Below, in pieces: positions 8,635 through 20,600 of a DNA stretch of 64,000 nt; position 1 is the first letter of the stretch, and every line of letters starts with the position of its first letter. The stretch covers positions 31,003 through 95,002 of the IMG/VR virus record IMGVR_UViG_3300027721_000010; one strand, written 5' to 3'. This stretch comes from a virus (Duplodnaviria > Heunggongvirae > Uroviricota > Caudoviricetes). The translations under genes and the position numbers were made by a program. The notes under the pieces are model-generated. The model ran no database searches and was not told the DNA's origin. It saw only the letters and a list, made by a program, of their open reading frames with translations.

Positions 8635-11600
8635 TTATCTTTTACAAGGAGCTGAATCATCTGCTCCCTCAAGGTTTTCAGGATCGGTATCAAAAAGATC
8701 TAGTTGTTTTGCCTCAGAAATTTCTGTAGGTGTATCTACCTTTACATCTGTTGTAGGAGTAGGAGACTGCTGCATAACATCATCCACCTTAATGTCCTGA
8801 GACAGAGCAGCAATGATGTCATTGTTAGGAATCTCGTTCTTGATTCTAACAGTGTTGTTATCCACTACAGAAGGTTTGAAGTCTGTGTAATACTCTGATC
8901 CAAAAGCACCCTCACCGTATAGGTTGATGAGCTTGTACACATACTTGTTCTCTATCTGACCCTTGTAGTTCTTTACACCTATTGTTACAGGAGTGCCATC
9001 TGGATAGGTAACTTTCTGATAACCAAGCACTTGTGTGATAAGTGGGTTGCCAGCCTTCTTCATCAGGGCATATGCTTTCTTAGAAACACCTACACCCTTC
9101 AGAACATCCACAAGTTCACCACCATTTTTATTAGCTACCACTCTCTTAATCTTTACGTAGTCACCACTAGAGATTGCATCGTTGTCATAATTCTCGTCCA
9201 AATATAGGATTTTTCTTTCTGTGGATTTGATTTTAAGTGCATCATTGCTAGGGAAAACAGGAGAGTAGTATTCGTATACAGCCTCACCAGCGATGTCTGA
9301 GAAGAGTGGTTGCTGGGAGGTAGTAATGAAGAACACCTTGTTCAGCGGATAGAAGACCATTTTATCATCCCAGTTATTACGCTGGAACATGCCCTGAGCA
9401 AACGCTTCCATGTCTTCTGTTACTCTGAGTCCAGCAATTACAGGAGCCACAGTAGCGCTGTAATCCTCAATCGGGATGATGTTTTTGATAGACACCCCTG
9501 TCTGGTATGTACCCTGAAGGATGGATAGTGTAACTAAATCCTTGTACAGCTGGTTAGTTTTGGGGTTGTTTCTAAGCTCCCTCATCATACCAATGTACAT
9601 GTTCTCACTGGCAGCATCCTTTACATTTGCCATCAGCATCACCGTATGGATACCATTGTCTCTATTGAATCTCACCTCAAGTTGTCTGAGGATTGGTAAC
9701 TCGTTGGCGTACAGTGTTTTAGCTTCTGCCAGACGTGTAGCCACAGATGTGTTAGCGTCAATAAGCAGAGGTTTGATAGAAGCATTCAGTCCTGTTCTAG
9801 TTTGGATAACATAGTCTAGGAAGGATGCTCTTATCTTGTTTGCTATACGAGCGTAGTCATCCTCAGATATGAAGTCTCTCTTCTTGTACTGGTCAAGGAT
9901 TTGATTTGTAATAGCCTTAAATCTGTCTTGATCTAATACAAAGATGGAACCAGCAGCATCCACAGACATACTAAGAATTCTTTTCTGCTGTCCGATGTGG
10001 GAGTTGTTAAGGACCTCTTCAGGTGATGTGAAGATGTTATTCTCCATAGCCATATCAGTCTTCATAATCTTCTTACCCAGCGCATCAGAGCTCTTGAACT
10101 TAGTAGTGTCGTAGTTAATAGCCTGTGTAAAGTTGAAGTTGTATTGGGCCATCTTAGCCAGTCTCAAGAACTGCTCAAATATCAACTGCTGCTCAGCATT
10201 CTTCTTGAGGGTGCTAAGTTTACCGTTCTGTGCAAACTCACTGATGTTATCTGCAAGAGTGGACGTATCAATAGTGTTAGCCACCTCAGCAACATCTCCA
10301 TCTTTTACAGGGAATCTGTTCTTGATGTTCTTTATGTTCTCAGCACGAAACAGTCCACGAGATTCTGTTCCTTCTACAAGCTCCAAGTATTGCTTGATGA
10401 TTGGTTGGTTCATGAACAGAGCTGCTGTACGAAGAGGAACACCAATTCTCTGCATGAGCATGAATGTACCTACAGCCTTATCACTTCTAATAATCTTCAT
10501 GATGTATGGGTCCTTAGCCACATCCACAAATGATGTGATGTATCCAGACAGACCATCAGAGATGTACATTTTACCATCTGCATCCAGTACACCAGACATA
10601 GATATATACTCTTTCCCATTGATTGTCACCTTGTTGTGAGGCAACAGAATGGTGCCATCACCCAGGAACTTCTGGTCAAACTCAGATGTGTTCTTGATTC
10701 TCTCAGGGTCCATGTACACTGTAACCTTTTGTGACAAAGAGTGGTTAGTGATATTTACAGCACCAATACCCACCCAGCGCTTAGCAGTTACAAACGCATG
10801 TCTGAGGGTAGTCATGTAGTTGGGATCAAGAATCTTGTTCTTTACATCCGCTTCTTTATCATTTGTAAGAGTCTCAAGCTCTGATGCAATCTTCTTCAGA
10901 CCACCATCTGATACAGGAGTGAGTAGACGTTGGAAGTTTTCAGGAAGTGTAATCAGTTCCTCAAGAGAATCATAGTATTCGTTCTCGAGGGAGCGCTTAT
11001 ACATGTCCTCTACATAGGATGTCTTGAGCTTATCATTAAGAATCTTCTTGGTCAGTTTTACCTTCTTATTTTCCAGATTCTCAACCTGTTGTGCAACGTA
11101 CTCGCTTGCACTAATATTATTATCTGCAGCTTGTTTTACAATCTCCTTAAACATGTTAAGGTGGTCATAGAAGAAATCAATGTCTTGTTCATCCAAAGCT
11201 GCGTTTATGGACTCTGTAGAGAAGTCTGACAGATCCTCTAGATCAATCAGCACCTTGAACATTCTATCTCTAAATCCTTCAAACTTTTCTATTCTGTCAA
11301 TCTCAGCCTGAACAGTATCTTCGTACACCTTTGTAAAGAATGCTTTTGTAGCTTCCTCAGATCCTTTGTATTTAACAAGTCTGACGTTACCTGTAGCATC
11401 TACATATACGTTTCTCAGGTAGGTGTTGAGTTTATCTATGTCAAAGTCAGATCCTGCCTTGGTAACCAGTTCTGTAGGAACAACCACTGTGTCACCCATG
11501 TATTGAGGAAGGAACCCTGCCACCTTGAATGAGTCTACGGAAGACAAAGATTGTGTAGGAATACGGAATCCGATACCTCTCAGAATCTTCTGACCATCAG

Positions 11601-14600
11601 GACTCTTGTTAATATAGTCTAAGATCTCTTGGTCAGTCTTGAACTTCTTAGCAGCCAGTTTATCTTTAAACCAATGAGGTAATAACACCTCCATGTAAGG
11701 CTTATCCTTTGTATAGAACTTGAGGGTGTCGCTTGTCATGCGCACATTCTTCTTCTCACTGTCATCCAGTGCCTCATATTCCTCTCTAGATATCTTCTTC
11801 CATCCTTCGTCAGTTTTCAGAACCAGGCTTCTTCCTTTCTCAGCACTCTCCCACATGGTTACAGGAGCCTGAACTAATGGCTTACCACCCATAGACGGAG
11901 AAAGGATAGCTTTCTCAATCATCGAGTAGATGATGTTTCTAATCTGTACATAGGAAGGTGATGCTTCAAAAGGAATTCTGAACTCGTCTTCCTCATTAAG
12001 TCTCACTGTATCCTTGGCGTTTTCAGAGAGCTCTCTACGGAACATCTCATATACCAACACCTCAGACAATGCTTGTTTATCTTCAAGTGTAAACCCTTGA
12101 CCGTTGTCTACAATACCTAGTTTGTTGAGCAAACGATTGTAAGCATTTACATGCATTCTATCTAGGTCTCTAACATTACGCTTGTATAGCTCTTTGATAT
12201 ATTCAGCACGTGCACCTGTAGCTCCAAACACCTGACCATTAGCAAAAAGGTCAATGCTTGCAAGCTTTGTCAACTGTGAACCACGGGTTTGTTCTTTACC
12301 CTCATCATAGATGTTCTCTACCTGGATACCGTATGCCTTCCAAGGAACATCAACAAAGTTGTTAAATGCTTCCTCATTAAAGGTACCGTTGGGGTTGTAC
12401 AGATTGTGCAGACCCTCAGCACCCACCTTTCTTCCTGATTCTACAATTGCATAACCATATCCTTGCTCCAACATTTGTGTGTAGAACTTCTCCATGCTGG
12501 TTCCTTCCACCATGCTATAGTAGATAGGCATCTGAGAGAACTTGTCCAACACTAGGTTGATGCTGTTTGAGTTGTATTTAACACCAGAAACAATAGGCTT
12601 CAATATCTCCAGTGTGTATTTGGGAGAAGGTGTAGAAGTGAGCTTCTGGTCGTAAGCTTTGAGCTCAGGACTTGTGTAGGTATACTTACCCTTAGCAGCC
12701 AGCTTCTTTCTTGTATAAGCCATCTGCCACTGGTGGAAGTTTTCAGCCTCATCAGACCATTGACCGTTCTTCAGCTTCACCTCTCTGAAGGTATTATCCA
12801 TCAGCCAGGAAGCAGCATCTGCCTCATCAATACTACCATAGGCAGGAATGATGTTAGCCAGAGCACTAGCTATCTTAGGATCTGCAAGAGTGACGGTTCT
12901 TGTATAGGCCTTGTGATTATGATAGCCAGGATCTCCAGGCTTAAGCATAATACCAGCCACCTCGTTCATGTTGTCATTCAGGAAGTTATCAAACGCAGCT
13001 ACATCAAATGTAGTTCTACGTGGAGACAGGAAGCTCTTGATACGCTTGGTCTCATCAAACTTACCATTCTTTGTAGAGAACTGAAGAGGATCACCAAAGA
13101 GCACCTTGTGATACTCAATGTTATTAATAGTGTAGTTGGCAGTTCTGAACATCAATATTTGCTTCAGAACATCTTCTACAATTGGTTGATTCTTATTGAT
13201 ACCAAACTTACGAGCGAATGTATTGTCCAAGCTATCCCATGTCCAGCCAGCCTCAACAGGAGAGATTTGACTATTTCTCTGGAGGATGTTCATAGTCTTT
13301 GTAGAAATACCGTCCAAGAAAGCAGCTACATCCTGATTTATAGAATCCTGGTTCTCATTTACATACTTCTCAATCTCCTCCATAGAAACTGACTTATCAG
13401 CGATCATGCTGTTCAGTTTCTCTAGGGTTTTAGGACGGAGGATATCATTAAAGAAGCGCAGCTCCTTAGCTCTTGCCTTAACATTGTTCAGCTTACCGCG
13501 AGTCTTATAGTCACGGGCTAGAGCAATGTCATCCATCAGATAGCCCTTGTAGATTGAGTAGATCTTGTTCCAAGCCTTTCCATCTACAAACTCTTGATAA
13601 CCAATCTGATTGCCCACATTCATCATCCATTCTGTAGAGCTATCTGCAGGGATGAGAATGTAGAAGTTACCATTCAGGTTCTCGTTAATCTCAAGAGAGA
13701 ATCTCTCTCCAAGTCCAAGCTTAGAAATAGACTTACTATCAGCATCATCAGAGTTGTCGATTCCCTGGATGGTCATCACCTTGATCTCTCTGATTCTGTT
13801 GCCCTCTTTATCAAAGTAGAGTCCGCCTTTCTTCAGGATTTGAGAGTGGGTGGAGAACATGTCTTGTAGCTCAGGACGCTTTTCTAATAGCTCATCCAGT
13901 GTAGCAGCTTCATTGAACTCGTTCTCAAACACTGATGCAGTGTTGTTATCAATGTAGGCCTGCATTCTCTTTCTCTCAATACCAAAGTAGGTGATGTCCT
14001 GGTTGGGGTTGTTTGCATTTACATACAAACGACCAAGGTTATTCAGCTGTGTGGTGATGCCCAGTGTCTGGCTGGTTACAGTGAGTAGGTCATCTGCGCT
14101 CTGTAAGAAGGCACGGATGTCTTTTACAGCATTAGCAAACTGATTCTTTTGACTCTTGTCCCCACCATAAGTCTTCAGCTTCTTGTATGTATCTAGGTCG
14201 AACGTAACACCAATCTCATTCAAAAACTCAATCATCTGCTTAGGAGAACTAATAGGCATCTCCTTCAGCTTCTTGGTGTTAGCTTTATAAGTTTCTGTTT
14301 TACTGTCGTAGATAACAGCTCCCTTAGATGTTCTAGCCAACACCTTCATGTTGTTCACCCAGGTGTCAACTTGTTGTCTAGCAGCGGTTTGTACGTTCGC
14401 AGGAGTGGTGAATGTCTCACCTCCAGCAATACGCTGTACCATTGCATCAGGTCTCTGTCTTGTAAAGGTTTGCATGAAGCTGATGAAGAATCTCCAGTCC
14501 TCAGCTTTAAAGTTGCCGTATGGAATAGATTTGTCTTTCTTTCCACCCAGACGTGTGAACATGCGAACGTAATCAGCATCATTGGCAGCAAGCTCTATGA

Positions 14601-17600
14601 GCTTGTCCATTGTCTTATTTACATCACTGCTGTTGGATAGTCTCTCAAGCAATGTAGCAAATGCTGTACTGAAGTTGAGTAGCTTATATCCCAGCACCTC
14701 TGGATCAATCTGTGCATCAGGCATCTCAAGACTGAGAGAGTTGCTCTGATCCATGGCCTTAGCCTTGAACAGGGTGGCCAAGGTGAACTTGACATCAAAA
14801 GATGCCCCCTTCTTAATATCTACAGTGAATGCTTCTGGAGCATAGTCGTTCTTGTTGGTGTCCTCACCATTAAGACTTAGTCTATCCTCTGTATCAAAGT
14901 TCACGCCCAGGGTGCGCAGCTTCTCTTTTGTTCTCTGTACCAGTGCGTTCCAACGAGCATCTCCAAGCTTGGTGCGTTTGTTTACACCACCCCATCCTGG
15001 AGTGTCGCCTTCTCTCAGATACATTTGTTCTACCTCTCCAAATATCTGCTTGCTTGTAAGCTTCTGTGGAGAGTAGAGATATTTCTTTGCCTTGAGGAAC
15101 ACTAGACCAGCAACTCTTGCTGTCATGTCCTCAACAAACTTCTGAGCTGCTTGCTCAGACAGTCCTTCAATTTCTCTATACGCAGCAGCCTCATTCTTCA
15201 CAGTGTCAGGGAGAACACTCTCCTTATACTTACCCATGTCAATTGCATCAAACAGTTGTTGTTTGAGCGTGGGCTTAGCATTAAAGTTCTTGAAGAAGTT
15301 GATGATAGATCTGAAGAATCTGAGAATCAACTCTTTAAGACTTCTTGCAGGAAGTTTACCCACTCTGAAATCAGCAAAGTCATCAGCAATTCTTTCTTTA
15401 GCTTGTGTATCTGTGGCAGCAGCATACTCAACATCAGTTCCACTAGCTCTATCTCTGAAGGTGCCAGACTGACTTCTGAACTCATTCAGTAGGTCTTGTC
15501 TTTCACCAGGAGACAGGAATCCTTTCCATATACCCTCAAAGATTTCATGGTATTCTGTACCACGTGTAGCGCTTCTGTAGAACTTAGCCACACCATTCTC
15601 AAACACACCCCAAGCTGTAATGTCTGGGTTTCTGCGGATGATGTTTTCCAATATCTCAAAAGGAATACCAGGAACGTTAGCAGCGTGCCATTTCCTGAAC
15701 TCAGCCAAGTCTAGGTTGTCAATCTTATCTTCTTTCTTCTCACCCTTAGCCACTACACGGAAGTCTGTGCTAGGTCCTGTAGTGCCTTTGTTATCATAAG
15801 GTTGAGCTGCAGGTTTAGTTTCTTCTAAAGCAGATATCTGCTCATTGGTGATCTTTGCACCAAGGATAGAATTAAAGTCAGCAATAACTTCTGCAGAAGG
15901 TACGGGTAGCACCAGGTCTGGAAAGGTCATGCTTACAGAAGATCCTAGCTTACCAGGTCTTCCTAATCCACTAAAATAAGCAGAGGTAACATATTTAATC
16001 TTATCACTCTCAGTAGTAATTTCTTTGTTGGTCTGAGGGTCCAACACCTTACCCAGTCGCTTGAACGTATCGTTATAAGCTTTTAACTGTTCGTAAAGAT
16101 TGAGCAGATAGGTTTTGGTTGCAGCAGACATGCTTTGCAACTGCGCATCTGTAATAACATCATAGCGTTTACCATTGCCCTCATAGAACGCTTGCTCCAG
16201 TATTCTGAAAACTGTCTTGTTTACTTCTGTTGAAACTGGTGCAGCAGTAGGCTTAGCCTCTTCACCAAGAGCTCTACGATTGATAATATCTTCATACTCA
16301 CCCACATTTGTTGCACCAGACTCTTGATAGGAAAGAAGACTATGTTGGAACTCGTGCTCTATTACAAACTTCTCAAACTCTTCATATGTAGCAAATGCAT
16401 TCTCAGGAAGAGCTGTAGCAAAAGAACCATCCTTCTGTTTACGTGGTTTGGTCCAGGCCTTCTCATCAAACTTCTTTTTAAGAAGATCTCTGTTCACCAA
16501 TATCTTATTCTCAGCACGATTGTATTGAGCAGCACCAGGTTCTCCTGTAGCTGTTGTGATACTACTGCTGTCCACTACAGTGATTCCTTTATATGTCTCT
16601 GTAGCAGGGGCAGCTTCTTCTGAAGGAGTGGGTTTCTCTTTGAGTTTCTTCTCTAAAGAGGCACCAGCTATAAGACCAATGTAATCACCTGCAATCTCCT
16701 CATCCGTCTTAGCAGCATCCTTTACACGATCATATCTCTCAAGCTGTTCAAGCTGAGGAACTATTTGGGTATTTATGAGCTCCTTGTTCTTTGCAATCCT
16801 AGCCACTGTGTCTCTAGTGAGTTGACTATCAACTAGTTCCACTGTAACAGAACCATTAGGTTCAACACTGGCTGTGAACTCAAAGTTTCCAGACTCTTTT
16901 CTAAGCGAGAATACATTAGGAGTTTTACCATCTAATACATACCCATCAACTGTGGGAACTCCTTCAGCTTCAGCCTGTTGAGCAGGAGCTGTGTATTGTA
17001 CATCCAGCTCCAATCCTTCCAGAGTGGAATACTTCTGTTTGTAGGAATATGGTTCAGCTGGTGTGGGTTTAGATACAGACGTGAATAAAGGGGTGTCCTT
17101 TACAGCACGCTTACTACCATCGGGATAGGTGGCAGACAACAAATAGGAGTTGTAGCTAGCCCACTCTCTGGAAGCAATCTGATCATTCTCATCTATGAAG
17201 TATTCAGTGAACGCGTAGTCACTGTAAATAGTCTTATTGTTTACGTTAGAGAAGGTCTTCTGGAGTTCTTCTATTATCTCTGCTTCTCTATCAGCCACCT
17301 CAGACAGAGGAATATCCTTACCTGCAATACGGAGATCCATAGTTTCAGGGTTGATATACACCTGATTCTTGGAAGGACTCTTTCCTTGCTTCCAGTGAAG
17401 GACGTTCTGTAGGAAGTTTACATAGGACTCTTCTAGATTACTATTTAATGTAAATCCTTTGGATAGCTCACTGAGTAGACGGAAGATTGTTTTGGCCTCA
17501 GCCTTAGTGAATCTTCTATTGTTCAACACCTGGAGGGTGTCACCATACTGTAAAACAGGTGTACCTCTCAACACGTTGACAGGCAGTCCGTTATGTACAA

Positions 17601-20600
17601 TCTCACCTGTAACAGATATTACAATCAGTCCTTTGTTACTAGTCTTGTCTTCAGGAACCAACACCTCACCTACGTGGTTTCTCTCAAAGGTCATCACTGG
17701 TCTACCCTCAGCATTACGAACAGGATTACCATCCTCATCTAATGCAGGAGTGTCATTCACAATAGGAATACCACGAGATATACGGAAGTCATGGATAGTG
17801 AAAGCTGTAGCAGGAGCACCCATAAGTTGCTCTCTATACTTAGACCAAGCCTCTGAATAAGCTTTAGCCTCAGCCTCCTGACCAGCTCTGTAACGAGCTT
17901 TATTCTTGCTATCATTGAGCTCAGCAGTGGGCATTGTTTGGAACACCACCTTATTCAAATCCACCTGTGTTCCCACCTCATTCATAGGATTACCAGCCTC
18001 ATCTGCAAAGAACAGCTTGTTGCCTTTTTGGACAACAAACACTTGGGCAATAAATCCTGTGTCAGGCTTTCTCACCTTCTCATTAAACTCTTTCAGCTCA
18101 GCCTCAGTCATCTTGGTTGTATCCACTTTGAAGGACAAAGCAGCTAATCCCACAAGTCCCAGGCTAGCCTCTTGATTAGGTGTAACAAGGATGGCCTTAA
18201 CATTAGCTCTGTTCTTATTGTTCTTTACATTATTCAGGAACTTTCTAGAACGTACAATGTGAGGGGCTGACTTGGTAGGATCATTGTAATCCTCTGATTC
18301 TGTCATGCTTGAGGTGAATAGAATAGTTGCTTCTTTCTTAGCAGGCTCTCTTTCACTAAACTCCTGAGAGGAGTCAATAGTGGTTACAGTACCAGAGTTC
18401 TTTTCAAGTTCATCTTGTTGACGTGTGAGCTCTTCTTTCTTCTCAACTAGTTTCTCCTGAGCAGTTTGAACTCTCTCATACCCAGTCAGTTGCTTGGGTT
18501 GGATGTTCTGTATATTACCAGCGAGGTCTTCTACCTTCAATGTACCATCCTCATTGATTTCCAACACCTTAACCTTTTGCAGGTCTTGGAGATCAGCATT
18601 CATATCTTCTGCAGCTTGATCAGCATCCTCCTTATTATCATAGAAGGTGCTTTCGCCAGTTGGAGACACCACCTCATAACGATCGTCTGCAATCTTGTTA
18701 ACCTTGGCTGGTTTTAATCCTGCAAGCTCATATTCTCTGTCTGCCTGAGGAACCTCTTTTGCACCAGCTTTATTTACAAAGTCTACCTCTGGAATAACAG
18801 CCGCTTCTGGTGTTTCTTCTTTGGAGGCTTCTTCCTCTTGCTCATTAGCCATTTGCTCAGCCTGGTTGAAGAACTTATTAAATCCTTCCTCAGAAGCCAT
18901 CTTATCAAATGACTCAGATGCATCATCTCTGAGCTGTTCAAGTGAGTTTATATCTGTGCCAAGTTTATATATCTCAGCAATCTTCTCTGATGGGATTATC
19001 CTTTTATCAATGCTTTCCTGACCGCTCATCTCAAAGTTGAGCAGGTTCTCAAAGGTCTTGATGTCAATATCACCCTTGTTAAGTGCAAGATTGATACGTT
19101 CAGACAGAGTGCGTAGAGTTTTAATCTTATCTCTAGTCCCTCTTTTATCTGCAGGAGTGGTGAACTCTGTAATAGTATCTCCAAGTGTTTTAGCCTGCTG
19201 TTCATAAGTTTCAGCAAGCTCTTTCAGACTATCTCTTCTAGTCAGGCTTGATATAGTGTCATTACTAAGTAGAGGATTGATTGCAGATAGACTGTTCTGA
19301 ATGTTATTCAATCTATCTCTAACGTCAGGAGCAACGCTAGCATAGTATGCCAGGTTGGTTTTCCAATCGTTGTATGTGTCAAAGTTAAAGTTTTCTTCAA
19401 GCTGGTCTTCTGTTGTAGGATTGATGTGAGAAACAAAAGGATTTTTGAAAGTGAAGTTTATGCTATCGTAAACATCCTTGATCTCATTAGCTTTCTCAAT
19501 CAGAGAGTCTACATACTCGTTAACAGTTTTCTTGCTAGACTCGTTAAAGTCCATTCCAAAGGTCTTCTCAAACTGTTCCTTGTCCAGATCCTTCAGCATC
19601 TCAAGCTGCTCAATGGTAACATCGTGCATGCCAGCAGGAATACGAGAACTTACAAATCCAAAGAATTGCTCATTCTTCAGATTCTTATATCTGAATACGT
19701 TCCCACTCTTTGCAGCCTCTTCCATCTCTCTAGCATTATTTGCAGCATTGAGAGTGTTAGAGTATTGATCTTGCAGGATGCCTGTAAGTCCGTAGCGGTT
19801 TAGAACATTAATGGTACTCTGTAGTCTTTGATCCTTGGTAGGCTCACCCATTGCTTTTTGGATTCTGCCAGCGATACCTCCTGTAATAACAGCAGACAAT
19901 CCACCAATGATCATGTTCTCTATACCAGCACTGCTACCAAACTGTTCAGCCAATCCCTTATTGGTAGATACAAGTGCTTCGTTCAGAGTGTTCCAAGTTT
20001 CTCTATTCTTTGGATCTTTTAGGTTCTTGTACTTTCTAGTGTAATAGTCGTATGTACCTTTCTCTACAGCATATTGTCCACCTTCCTCATATACACCTTC
20101 AGCAAGTACATTTTTCAGGGTGGGTTTTACAGAATCCCACACCTTAGCACCTACACCTGTAAGTGCCTTTCTTTCAAACACATCCAAAGATCCTTCAGCA
20201 AGACCAATTCTTCCTGCATCATCAAGACTTCTTTCGATTGTACCTGGTACACCTTTAGATGCATTAGTAAATGATTTGAACAAGCTGCCAAACTGAACAG
20301 CGTTAGATACAGTGAGCAAAGCCATGTTAGCACCAAACCTGGTGTTCATAGCATCTGTTGCGTATGCTTCGATCTCATCTAGCGCAACTCCTTGAGGTTC
20401 CATTCCTCCGTTCTCACTCCTGTATTGATTGATGAGCTCATCTCTCACCTGTCTGTAGGAGTCTCTAGCTTCAACAGCAGCTTCTGTTCTAGCAGATCCG
20501 TACACGGTGAGACCATAACGAAAACCACTATTAAGTTTTGTAGCTGCAGCAGCTCTTCCTAAATCACTAAGATTGTCAATAAATCTCTCTGACTTTCCAA

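Noticed and set aside
12733-13392. A 219-aa plus-strand ORF inside the giant gene, and many other plus-strand ORFs of 60 to 265 aa antisense to structural genes (for example 42316..43113, 45375..46034 and 46041..46676).
   Set aside because: They are antisense to long, well-supported minus-strand genes, have no operon logic, and are likely chance ORFs in an AT-rich genome.
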